Assembly: GCA_965216465.1 (NCBI GenBank)
Contig: CBDCFW010000001.1
Coordinates: forward strand, 32,001 to 96,000
Source: Bacteroidia bacterium
Lineage (GTDB): Bacteria > Bacteroidota > Bacteroidia > NS11-12g > UBA9320
Reading direction: 5' to 3'
DNA: 64,000 nucleotides
In this document: positions 20,149-29,512 of the stretch, one piece after another
Position numbering within the stretch: position 1 is the stretch's first letter
Layout of the letters: each line of letters begins with the position of its first letter
Translations under genes and position numbers: made by a program
The notes under the pieces: model-generated
Databases searched by the model: none
The model's input: the letters and a program-made list of their open reading frames with translations, nothing else
Told to the model about the DNA's origin: nothing

Positions 20149-21045
20149 TTATTTTGTAGCTGTACCCGTTGGGAAGCTTAAATTTTGGTTCATATCAATA
20201 ACCATGTGTGTTGCGGCATTCGAATCAATTGGTGCAACCAATGGCTTTAGTAAGAAAGGATCTGTACTGTTATCAGGAACTGGTTCAATACTGATTACTG
20301 CTGTGCCCGATCTTAAGTTAGTAGGAAACGTTAATCCTGCCGGTGCATTCATTAGAAAGTCCTCTCCTGGAAATGGAGGTCCTGCAGAGTGACCGCTAAA
20401 AGGAGCAGCGTTATCAGCACCATTTGCATCCGTAAATGTTCCTGTACTAACCGGAACTCCATCAATTACTGCCCATCCTTCGTAAGCCCAACCTGAAGGA
20501 AGACTTGGTAGAGATAGTCCAACGGCTGGACTTCCACTGCTATTATCTAAAAACCAGATTCCGCTTTCTTCATTGTCTCCGTCCATATCTGTTGGAGTTG
20601 CGAGAATGAATTCTCCCATCACCTCACTAAAGTCATTTCCAATCGCCGAAGTATGATCAATTGTAAGACTTGCCTCGCTCCCACTAAAATCTCCTGCAAC
20701 AATGTGAACTGCACTTGGTGCTGGTGTTGGATCTGGAATTGGCTCAATGGTAAGAACAAATCGCGTTGCATTTTTTAAGTCTTTATCGTCAACAGTGAAC
20801 TCGTTTGTTGACATGTTTCCGTTCTCATCAACAGTAAAGGTTCCTGTCGTTACAGGACTTCCATCTACAATAACCCATCCTTCGTAAATGGCAGTAGGTC
20901 CTAAATCTTCAAGACCATTAATTTCAAGTTTTAAAGTGTCTTTAGGTGTGGCTGAATCTTGCTTGCAGGCCTGAAGACCAACAAGAAGTACAAGAACTAA
21001 GAGGAGGTTAAAGTGCTTGGTAAGTGTCTGAATTTTATTTCTCAT
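20149..21045 (-). CDS. Lipoprotein with two tandem RskA-C-like beta domains
   Basis: Lipobox LQAC; duplicated YEGW.(I/V)(V/I)DG.PV(T/S)TGTF…(T/S)IEP.PD. Confidence 0.65.
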   Translation of the reverse strand: MRNKIQTLTKHFNLLLVLVLLVGLQACKQDSATPKDTLKLEINGLEDLGPTAIYEGWVIVDGSPVTTGTFTVDENGNMSTNEFTVDDKDLKNATRFVLTIEPIPDPTPAPSAVHIVAGDFSGSEASLTIDHTSAIGNDFSEVMGEFILATPTDMDGDNEESGIWFLDNSSGSPAVGLSLPSLPSGWAYEGWAVIDGVPVSTGTFTDANGADNAAPFSGHSAGPPFPGEDFLMNAPAGLTFPTNLRSGTAVISIEPVPDNSTDPFLLKPLVAPIDSNAATHMVIDMNQNLSFPTGTATK

Positions 21046-21135
21046 AATTATACATTTTGAATGAGAAAACGGACGGCTCAAAATTACTTACACATATTTG
21101 AGGTCTACAATGCTTTTATGATAGTGTGCTGACAG

Positions 21136-22740
21136 TTACCTATCTGGATAGAGTGCATCCAATATTTGTTCAGATGGTTTTATTACCCATGATTTTCTCC
21201 ATTCTTCGAAAATGGCAAGCAACGCCTCATAGTCTTTATATTCACTTTGTTTAGCCTCAACGCACAGAAAAGCCAGTTTGTAGTATAAATCAGTAGTAAA
21301 TACTTTATCAATGTACTCTCCATCTTCAGTTTTGGGAAAATAAATTGGATTACAATAAGTGGAAGTATCGATTGACTTAAAATACGCAAGTGATCGATCA
21401 AAATCAAACTCTTCACCATTCAAACTTACCTCATACAGCCTTCCAAGAGCGGTAGTGTTACCGTGCAACAGTTCATCTTTTTCTGGGGTTGCTCTAAGCA
21501 TTACCGGACGTGTACGATTGCTATTAACAATATCCAATAAAGCAATTTCATATTTAAGTAGAACACGCTTAGCCGTTAAATCAACTGTGTCTTCCAACTG
21601 AATTATTTGAATGTGACTTGCATTCAAATTCTCCTGATTCTTGCCTTTAAATTCATACAATGCTTTGTACTCAAAATCGTACCATGTTAATGGAGTATGG
21701 CCGTTAAAAATTACAACATTTAAGCTGTCGTAAACATCTTGGCCAATTGATAGAATGACCAGTCCTTCCCTTCTCAATGCTTGAACATAAGCAGGAATAT
21801 TCAGTAAAGAAGCACTAACAACTGCAACATCTGTTCGATAACCTTCGACAATTTGGAGGTAGTGAAGTGGGAAAAAATCATTGTCTCCTGCCGACATATA
21901 TATTGCGTTAGCTGGACAATTGTCGAGCGTATTTCTTGCGTCGGTAAGAATATTTTCGGGATAAACACCTGAACTGACTTGGGCTTCAGCGATAGTCTTA
22001 TTTTGCGTTACGATTAAATCTAAGTACGCCTCCATTACTTCATTAGCATATTTGGTGCGGATAGTTCCAACAATCGTTTTAAAGTTTGGATTTCGATCTG
22101 CCAAAGCTTTAAAATGTATACGTGCTTTGTTAGTATGATAGAGGTACCAATCGAGATAGGAGGAACTCATGCTGTTCCCATTTTTAAGCAACTGTACTCC
22201 GTCGGTTCGCGATGCTCCGCGATCATTGAAGGTGATGCTTGCACTAATCGCTGAATGCGCACGCCCTAAACTATATAAATCTAAATCATTGAGCTCGTCA
22301 CTATGTTCTTCAAAAGCAGAAACAATGTCCTCGCCCCAACCCCTATAGCCATAGTAAGGATGAATTCTAAACATCCGTTCGTTAAATGGTCCAAGGGCAA
22401 AATCTTTATAAGACTTAAACTTGTCTGAAGGATTAGAACCTCTTACAAAAAGATGATCTAGGTTTTCATAAGCTTTTTTTTCAAATGCGTAATACAAATA
22501 ATCATCAGCATGCTTATTGTTCTTTACTAGCTTCAGTTGTACATACCAACCAGTTGGCTTTCGTGCAAACTCAATGTACCGCGAGTCATCTTCTAGATCT
22601 TGATACTCGTTAAAGAAATGATTAACTAGCGTTTCATAATCTGGTGCGTCTGGATACTCTTGAAGTCTACCTACCTGAGCAAAAATATTTACACTTAAGA
22701 AAAAGGCGGTGACCACTCCTACAAAGAGTCTTTTAATCAT
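21136..22740 (-). CDS. Hypothetical secreted protein with a DUF2723-like motif
   Basis: Signal peptide; GDNDFFPLHYLQIVEGYRTDVAVVSASLLN segment. Confidence 0.55.
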   Translation of the reverse strand: MIKRLFVGVVTAFFLSVNIFAQVGRLQEYPDAPDYETLVNHFFNEYQDLEDDSRYIEFARKPTGWYVQLKLVKNNKHADDYLYYAFEKKAYENLDHLFVRGSNPSDKFKSYKDFALGPFNERMFRIHPYYGYRGWGEDIVSAFEEHSDELNDLDLYSLGRAHSAISASITFNDRGASRTDGVQLLKNGNSMSSSYLDWYLYHTNKARIHFKALADRNPNFKTIVGTIRTKYANEVMEAYLDLIVTQNKTIAEAQVSSGVYPENILTDARNTLDNCPANAIYMSAGDNDFFPLHYLQIVEGYRTDVAVVSASLLNIPAYVQALRREGLVILSIGQDVYDSLNVVIFNGHTPLTWYDFEYKALYEFKGKNQENLNASHIQIIQLEDTVDLTAKRVLLKYEIALLDIVNSNRTRPVMLRATPEKDELLHGNTTALGRLYEVSLNGEEFDFDRSLAYFKSIDTSTYCNPIYFPKTEDGEYIDKVFTTDLYYKLAFLCVEAKQSEYKDYEALLAIFEEWRKSWVIKPSEQILDALYPDR

Positions 22741-22793
22741 ACTACAAAACTATGTAAAACAACATAGCTAGGTTTCTTTATATTTGGTAGTCC

Positions 22794-24347
22794 ATGAAGA
22801 TGCATATCCCCTTTACCATTTTCTTACTTGTATTTGGTTTTTCTGTCAGTTATTCCTTGGCCCAATCGCCTAAACCCTACAATGTACTTTTTGTATCTAT
22901 TGATGATCTTGGTCCAAATTTGGGGGCATACGACAATGCTTATATTGTATCACCTAACCTTGATGAATTTGCAAGAAATGGCATGACTTTCAGAAACACC
23001 TATTGTCAAGCTGCTGTTTGTGCTCCTTCACGAGCAAGTTTAATGTCTGGACTGAGACCAGATTCTACACGTGTGTGGCACCTCGGTGATAAATTTCGCC
23101 AGCTGCATCCAAACATGGTGACCATGCCTCAGCATTTTAAAAACTATGGATACCACACGGTATGCATCGGCAAAATTTTTCACAACTACATGCCTGATTC
23201 GGTTTCTTGGGACGAACCAGATCTTAGACCACCTCAATACCTTAAACCCGAATGGTTAAAGCGTGACGGTGAAACCTTTTATGTGAACAAAGAAACCCAA
23301 AGAAAGCAGAAGATTAAAAGAGACAAGCTTGTAAAGCTTAGACCCAATTATTATGCCGATGGATGGAACAACGGTCCAGCTTGGGAAATGGAAGATGTTC
23401 ACGATACCATGTACTTTGACGGTGCACAAACGGAACTAGCTAAAAGAACATTAAGTCGTTTGGCTACGACTGACGAACCCTTTTTCTTAGCCCTAGGATA
23501 TTTCAGACCACACCTTCCTTTTGCTGTTCCAAAACAGTATTGGGATTTATATGATAAAGATAGTCTTCCTTTAGCCTCAAACCCATACTTACCCAAGCAT
23601 TCACCAGTAATGTCAATGAATTCGATGTATGAGTTACGCGGTTATGATGGATTTGCAAAACTCCAACACCCTTCTATAAATGTGATGAACGAAGACACTG
23701 CCCGAATACTCAAACAAGGATATTATGCTTCAGTAAGCTATGTTGATGCACAATTTGGAAAGATTGTGCAGCACTTAAAGGATTTAGACCTTTATGAAAA
23801 CACCATTATCATTGTTTGGGGTGATCACGGTTGGAAGCTAGGTGAACACAATGGATGGTGCAAGCAAACCAATTACAACATCGACATTCACGTGCCCATG
23901 TTGGTTTACAGTCCAGATATGCCAAACAGAGGGGCTCAGAGTTTTGAAATTACTGAGCTAATAGATATGTTTCCATCCTTATGCGATCTCGCAGGTATAG
24001 ACAAGCCTGACTATCTACAAGGAACAAGCTTTGTACCGCTTTTTGAAAACCCCTCACGCGAATGGAAAAAAGCAGCATTCAGTCAGTTTCATCGTCGACC
24101 AAAAGTCACCCCAGATGGAAAAAGATATATGGGTTATTCAATACGCACAAAAGAGTTTCACTACGTAGAATGGTATTACTGGGATCATAAAAATGGGATA
24201 CGACTAGACTTTGTAACTTCGGAGCTCTACGATATTCAGAAAGATCCTGACGAGAATGAAAATATTGCAGAATCTGCAGACCCCAATGTTGTTGCAGACT
24301 TAGCAAAACAACTTAAAGATGGATGGCGAGCTGCCCAGCCAGACTAA
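22794..24347 (+). CDS. Formylglycine-dependent sulfatase (iduronate-2-sulfatase-like)
   Basis: NVLFVSIDDL, CAPSRASLMSG (CxPxR), GKIFH, RPHLPF, GDHGWKLGEH. Confidence 0.92.
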   Translation: MKMHIPFTIFLLVFGFSVSYSLAQSPKPYNVLFVSIDDLGPNLGAYDNAYIVSPNLDEFARNGMTFRNTYCQAAVCAPSRASLMSGLRPDSTRVWHLGDKFRQLHPNMVTMPQHFKNYGYHTVCIGKIFHNYMPDSVSWDEPDLRPPQYLKPEWLKRDGETFYVNKETQRKQKIKRDKLVKLRPNYYADGWNNGPAWEMEDVHDTMYFDGAQTELAKRTLSRLATTDEPFFLALGYFRPHLPFAVPKQYWDLYDKDSLPLASNPYLPKHSPVMSMNSMYELRGYDGFAKLQHPSINVMNEDTARILKQGYYASVSYVDAQFGKIVQHLKDLDLYENTIIIVWGDHGWKLGEHNGWCKQTNYNIDIHVPMLVYSPDMPNRGAQSFEITELIDMFPSLCDLAGIDKPDYLQGTSFVPLFENPSREWKKAAFSQFHRRPKVTPDGKRYMGYSIRTKEFHYVEWYYWDHKNGIRLDFVTSELYDIQKDPDENENIAESADPNVVADLAKQLKDGWRAAQPD

Positions 24348-24355
24348 GCTAACAG

Positions 24356-25894
24356 CTAGATATGGTCAACCGCAACCTTATAGGTCGGATCTTCCATAAT
24401 ATTTACATCAATTAGCTTGTCGGCGTTCTTAAGCAATTTTCTACAATCTTGACTTAAGTGACGTAAGTGCACTGTTTTACCCAGTTTTGCATAGCGCTCA
24501 GTAAGTTTATTTACTGCTTCAATTGCACTCATATCTGCAATTTTACTTTCTGCGAAGTCGATAATAACTTCATCAGGGTCGTTTTTAACATCAAACTTGT
24601 CAGCAAATACAGAAGTAGATCCAAAAAACAAAGGCCCAAATATTTCATAGTGCTTCACTCCTTCATCATCGATATATTTTCTGGCACGAATTCGTTTTGC
24701 ACTCTCCCACGCAAACACTAAAGCAGAGATAATTACGCCAATTAATACCGCTAATGCTAGATTGTGCATGAATATGGTTATTAAGATAACTACGAACATC
24801 ACAAAGATGTCGTGCTTCGGCATCTTGTTTAAAGCTCGAACGCTTACCCACTCAAAGGTTCCAATCGAAACCATAATCATTAGTCCTGTTAATGCCGCTA
24901 TAGGCACCTGCTCAATAAGTTTAGAGCCATACATCACAAATACTAATAGCATAATGGAAGCTACAATACCAGAAAGTCTAGCACGAGCACCATTTGATAT
25001 ATTAATCAAACTCTGACCAATCATAGCACAGCCCCCCATTCCAGAGAAAAAGCCTGTTACCAGGTTGGCTGCTCCTTGAGCCACAGCTTCTTTATTTCCA
25101 GAACCTCTTGTTTCTGTAATTTCATCAACCAGATTTAGGGTTAACAAACTTTCAACCAAACCAACTGCCGCAACAATTACAGCGTATGGCAGTATGATCA
25201 TAAAACTTTCCCAATTAATCGGGATTTCAGGAATATGAAATGGTGGGAATCCTCCTTTAATAGATGAAATCGTACCTACTGTAGCCGTGTCAAGGTTTAA
25301 TAGTTTTACAAGACCAAAGATTACTAGAATTGCCGCCAGCGATGAAGGTACAATACGCGTTAGCTTTGGTAAGCCCCAAATGATTAGCATAGTAAGTAAT
25401 ACTAAACCCAGCATGATAAACATCTCTGCTCCGTGTAACCAGGGTGCGGTTCCTTTACCTCCTACTTTGAAATAGTCAAGTTGAGACATAAATATCACAA
25501 TGGCCAAACCATTTACAAAGCCGAACATAACGGGTTGTGGTACGAGACGAATAAACTTACCCAAACGTAAAATGCCAGCTATCATCTGAATAACACCAGC
25601 TAACACAACTGCAGCAAAAATGTATTCAACCCCGTGTGATTTAGCTAAGGCTACAATTACAATGGCAACTGCACCTGTAGCCCCTGATATCATACCGGGT
25701 CTACCTCCAAAAATTGAAGTAATCAAACCAATTGTAAATGCTGCATACAATCCAGTTAAAGGATTTAATCCTGCTAGAAAAGAGAAAGCAACTGCCTCAG
25801 GTACAAGAGCTAACGCCACTGTCAATCCCGACAAGATTTCGGTTGCATAGTTTACAGGTTGTTTAAAATCAAAGAGATTTAAATACTTTTTCAT
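24356..25894 (-). CDS. SulP/SLC26 inorganic anion transporter with STAS domain
   Basis: GLTVALALVPEAVAF, GGRPGMISGATGA, GGCAMIGQS, GPLFFGS. Confidence 0.92.
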   Translation of the reverse strand: MKKYLNLFDFKQPVNYATEILSGLTVALALVPEAVAFSFLAGLNPLTGLYAAFTIGLITSIFGGRPGMISGATGAVAIVIVALAKSHGVEYIFAAVVLAGVIQMIAGILRLGKFIRLVPQPVMFGFVNGLAIVIFMSQLDYFKVGGKGTAPWLHGAEMFIMLGLVLLTMLIIWGLPKLTRIVPSSLAAILVIFGLVKLLNLDTATVGTISSIKGGFPPFHIPEIPINWESFMIILPYAVIVAAVGLVESLLTLNLVDEITETRGSGNKEAVAQGAANLVTGFFSGMGGCAMIGQSLINISNGARARLSGIVASIMLLVFVMYGSKLIEQVPIAALTGLMIMVSIGTFEWVSVRALNKMPKHDIFVMFVVILITIFMHNLALAVLIGVIISALVFAWESAKRIRARKYIDDEGVKHYEIFGPLFFGSTSVFADKFDVKNDPDEVIIDFAESKIADMSAIEAVNKLTERYAKLGKTVHLRHLSQDCRKLLKNADKLIDVNIMEDPTYKVAVDHI

Positions 25895-25973
25895 GTTGGT
25901 TCTTTTTGGCCTTTCCGTTAAAGGGCGGCAAAAGTAGGCTTTCCTACTGCATTTTGGTGCTTCTTTATTTGAA

Positions 25974-27491
25974 TTAGGGTTCTAATGGCTCAACTAGAAT
26001 AACTTCCTCCCTATCTACTTTAACCAGCCCAGGTGTAGCACCTTTAGGCTTTCGTACGAATTTTCGCTCGGTGTAGATAACGGCTGCAATAGATTCATTT
26101 TTGGCCTTTGAATTGAATGCAGCCACCGATGCTGCATATTCGATAACCGAAGCAGGTATTTCTTTCTTTCTTGTATTGACAATAATTACGTGACTCCCAG
26201 ATACGTCTTTGGCATGAAGCCACAAATCATGCTTCGAAGTAAAATTTCTCAAAAGTTCATCGTTATCTCTGGCCCCTTTTCCTATTCTCAGTTCATAATC
26301 CCCAAATGTGATCTTACGATAAGGTAGTCTTTGCCTGTTCTTCTCTGTAGCTTTTTGTGCAATAGACTTTAGCGACTTAAAATCTTCTAGTTGTTCATAG
26401 TTCTCAATCTCCTGCATTTTTAGTGCTTTAGAAGTTTTAAGTTCATTCGCCGATTTGTATGCAAATTCTAGTTGTTTCTTCTCATTTTTGGCTTTGTTGT
26501 AATAGCGTTCGGCATTAGCCTGTGGACTTAATTGCTTATTTAATTTGATTCGAACCTTACCCGTGCCATCAAACTTATCCAATTCAACCGCACTTAAACC
26601 TGCTTGAATTTGATAGAGATTTGCCATTAATAAATCACCCATTTCACGGTAGCTATATGCATTGTTCAAAGCTTCAATTCGCTTAGCATTTGACTTGAGC
26701 TTTCGTTCGATAGCTTGAAGGTCTTTTCTCAGGCTGGCAAGATGTGATTGTTTGGTCTCACTAAACGTTCGCTGTGCGATATACAAGCGCGAATATTGAT
26801 CTAGAGCATCAAGAATATTATCCAGTTGTGTAACCGTATTTTCACATGCTTCATTGGCTAAGGTATACTCCTTATCATTTTTGCATATGAAGAATGCTTT
26901 TTGGTTACTTAGTTTGCTTGATAAGTCCGTTAACAATTGCTGCCTAACCTCGATATTAGCGTTTATAAAACCGTTATCAACCAAATGGTCGTATTCATTA
27001 TCATTCAGAAATGGAAGAGTTTTCTTCAGATCTAATCCCAGATTTAACCTCTCTAAAATAAAAGGAAGCTTGCTTGAAATTGGGATATATTCATCTATGA
27101 TTTTAGCCTTTGCAGGAAAGTTTGAAAGTGCTTTTGAATGCTGATATAAACCTATTTGGCTAAACCTTCCAAACAAGTGAAAAACAAGCAGAAAGTCATT
27201 ACTAAATTCAATAAAAAACTGTCTGTCAAATTCAACTGCTTGCACCCCTCCCACTTGAACTTTTGTGCCTTGTAGCTCTTTGAACTGAGGTAGTCGATTT
27301 TTTTTCTGAAGTTTATTAGGGTCTGGAAATTGAAAATAGGCTTGGCCGTGAAAGAATGTGACCTTTATGGCCCAATTTTCAAACTCTAAAAATAGGTCGT
27401 TCAAGCTTGTCGAAAAGCAGTTAAGTAGTCTAACACCTTCTATTCGTTTACCGATTTCAATAGAAAGTTGTTTAACCGCAAAAGCCCGCAT
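25974..27491 (-). CDS. NFACT/FbpA family protein (RqcH-like)
   Basis: Coiled coil, GDLLMANLYQI, LSPQANAERYY, GK.ARDNDEL, DLWLHAKDVSGSHVII (NFACT-R). Confidence 0.85.
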   Translation of the reverse strand: MRAFAVKQLSIEIGKRIEGVRLLNCFSTSLNDLFLEFENWAIKVTFFHGQAYFQFPDPNKLQKKNRLPQFKELQGTKVQVGGVQAVEFDRQFFIEFSNDFLLVFHLFGRFSQIGLYQHSKALSNFPAKAKIIDEYIPISSKLPFILERLNLGLDLKKTLPFLNDNEYDHLVDNGFINANIEVRQQLLTDLSSKLSNQKAFFICKNDKEYTLANEACENTVTQLDNILDALDQYSRLYIAQRTFSETKQSHLASLRKDLQAIERKLKSNAKRIEALNNAYSYREMGDLLMANLYQIQAGLSAVELDKFDGTGKVRIKLNKQLSPQANAERYYNKAKNEKKQLEFAYKSANELKTSKALKMQEIENYEQLEDFKSLKSIAQKATEKNRQRLPYRKITFGDYELRIGKGARDNDELLRNFTSKHDLWLHAKDVSGSHVIIVNTRKKEIPASVIEYAASVAAFNSKAKNESIAAVIYTERKFVRKPKGATPGLVKVDREEVILVEPLEP

Positions 27492-27500
27492 GTGTTGAGA

Positions 27501-28280
27501 TTAGTATTCTCCGTAAACGTCGGTTAGGAGCTCACATCCAGATGGTGTAATTAAAATTGTGTGCTCAAATTGAGCTGACAACTTATAATCACGTGTTCTT
27601 GCTGTCCACCCATCTCCTTTGTCAATAATGCACTCCGCTACGCCTTCATTAATCATCGGTTCAATGGTGAAAATCATACCTGGCTTCATTCGTTTACCCG
27701 TATTCTTTTGACCTACGTGGCTTACTTCTGGGTCTTCATGAAACTTTAGTCCTACACCATGACCACAAAACTGCCATACCACACCATATCCCTTACCTTC
27801 TGCATAACGCTGAATTTCGTAGCCTATATTTCCGAAACGGTTACCTGGTCGGCATTGCTCTACCCCTAAACGCAAGCACTCTTTGGTTACATCGATCAGG
27901 TTTTGTGCATTTTCAGAGATTTTGCCTACAGGATACATTTTGCATGTATCACCATAATAGCCATTAAGAATAGTTGTTACGTCGATGTTTAGAATATCAC
28001 CTTCTTTTAGTACCGTTTCATTTGGAACACCGTGGCATATCACTTCGTTTAAGCTTGTACAAACAGCACCACTGAAAGGAATCACCCCATGTCCGCCGTA
28101 TCCCAGCGTTGCAGACTTTGCTCCATGGTCTAAAATGAACTCTAGAGCTTTGTCGTTGATGTATTTAGTTGTATTCCCTGGAACGACAAATTGCTCGAGG
28201 TATTTCAACGTTTTAGCAGCAAGCTGAGAACTCTTGCGAATTCCTTCAATTTGCTTTGCATTTTTAATCTTAATTGCCAT
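27501..28280 (-). CDS. map: Type I methionine aminopeptidase
   Basis: CTSLNEVICHGVP, GDILNID, CGHGVG..FHE, FTIEPMIN, SAQFEHT. Confidence 0.96.
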   Translation of the reverse strand: MAIKIKNAKQIEGIRKSSQLAAKTLKYLEQFVVPGNTTKYINDKALEFILDHGAKSATLGYGGHGVIPFSGAVCTSLNEVICHGVPNETVLKEGDILNIDVTTILNGYYGDTCKMYPVGKISENAQNLIDVTKECLRLGVEQCRPGNRFGNIGYEIQRYAEGKGYGVVWQFCGHGVGLKFHEDPEVSHVGQKNTGKRMKPGMIFTIEPMINEGVAECIIDKGDGWTARTRDYKLSAQFEHTILITPSGCELLTDVYGEY

Positions 28281-28366
28281 TCAGGCCGCAAAGATATAAC
28301 TCCCATTGCAATTTAGTTGTGCACTGGCTTCAAGCTCAATAACATTTTTTGTATTTTAGGGCCATT

Positions 28367-28711
28367 ATGGCATACGATAATCATCTTGCAGAACGCATTA
28401 CACGAATATTTGAAGACAAGAAGCTCAACACTGAAGAGAAGAAAATGATGGGGGGATTGTGTTACATGCTCGACGACAAAATGTGTTGCGGGATAGTTAA
28501 AAATGAGCTGATGGCAAGAATTGGGCCCGATAAGTACGAAGAAGCACTACAAATGCCTGGGTGCAACGAAATGAATTTTACAGGCAGACCGATGAAGGGC
28601 TATGTGTTTATTGATGGTGACGCCATAGATACAGAAGATCAACTGGAATATTGGATTGATTTGTGTATAGCTTTTAATCCGTTGGCTAAAAGCAGCAAAA
28701 AGAAGAAATAG
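28367..28711 (+). CDS. TfoX/Sxy N-terminal domain protein
   Basis: EKKMMGGLCYM, LMARIG, GRPMKGYV. Confidence 0.85.
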   Translation: MAYDNHLAERITRIFEDKKLNTEEKKMMGGLCYMLDDKMCCGIVKNELMARIGPDKYEEALQMPGCNEMNFTGRPMKGYVFIDGDAIDTEDQLEYWIDLCIAFNPLAKSSKKKK

Positions 28712-29464
28712 TTAAATCTCGACCTGATCTTGGATAAATGGCAGCTTGCTTCGAAATAATTCAAGATCATCCTTATTAAGCTCATACTCTACCACATCTT
28801 TTTTGTACGAAAATGCAAGGCGATCGCCATTGGCTGAATATATACTAGAATGGCCTGGATAGAAGAGCTCATTGTATTCACCAATTCGATTGCATCCTAT
28901 CACATACGCCTGATTTTCAATAGCTCTAGCTTTTAAAAGTGTATCCCAATGATCAATGCGTTGGCTTGGCCAATTGGCTGAACAAACGAGCACGTCGTAA
29001 TTCGAATCATTCACTGCCACTCGCGGAAATCGAAGATCGTAACAGATGATTGGTCGAATTTGAAATCCATTTACTTCAAATTGTACGAGCTTGTTTCCAG
29101 GCTTAATACTTTTATCTTCATCTCCCATTTTGAAAAGATGAACCTTATCGTATTGAGCAATCACCTTCCCTCCTTCCACAGCCACAAAGCGGTTCACACA
29201 ATCTCGTTCATCCATACAAAAGAAACTCCCACAAATGGTGGCATTTTTTACGACCGACAACTCTTTTAGATAGGCCATTGTTGGGCCATCCATCTTTTCA
29301 GCCACCCATGACTCGCCAATACAGAACCCGGTTTGGAAGGCTTCTGGCAACACAATGAGGTCTGCTTTCACGCCTCGTAATGCTTCATTAATCTTTGAAA
29401 AATTTGCTGGTTTGTTCTCGTATACAATATCGTATTCAACAACTGCTACACGTAGGGATGACAT
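28712..29464 (-). CDS. Nitrilase-family amidohydrolase (YafV/omega-amidase-like)
   Basis: LPE, YDKVHLF, ICYDLRFP catalytic triad; ARAIENQ. Confidence 0.88.
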   Translation of the reverse strand: MSSLRVAVVEYDIVYENKPANFSKINEALRGVKADLIVLPEAFQTGFCIGESWVAEKMDGPTMAYLKELSVVKNATICGSFFCMDERDCVNRFVAVEGGKVIAQYDKVHLFKMGDEDKSIKPGNKLVQFEVNGFQIRPIICYDLRFPRVAVNDSNYDVLVCSANWPSQRIDHWDTLLKARAIENQAYVIGCNRIGEYNELFYPGHSSIYSANGDRLAFSYKKDVVEYELNKDDLELFRSKLPFIQDQVEI

Positions 29465-29512
29465 GCTGACAAAGTTAGGATATTCATGAGATAGACTTAC
29501 CTTTACCGCTCA

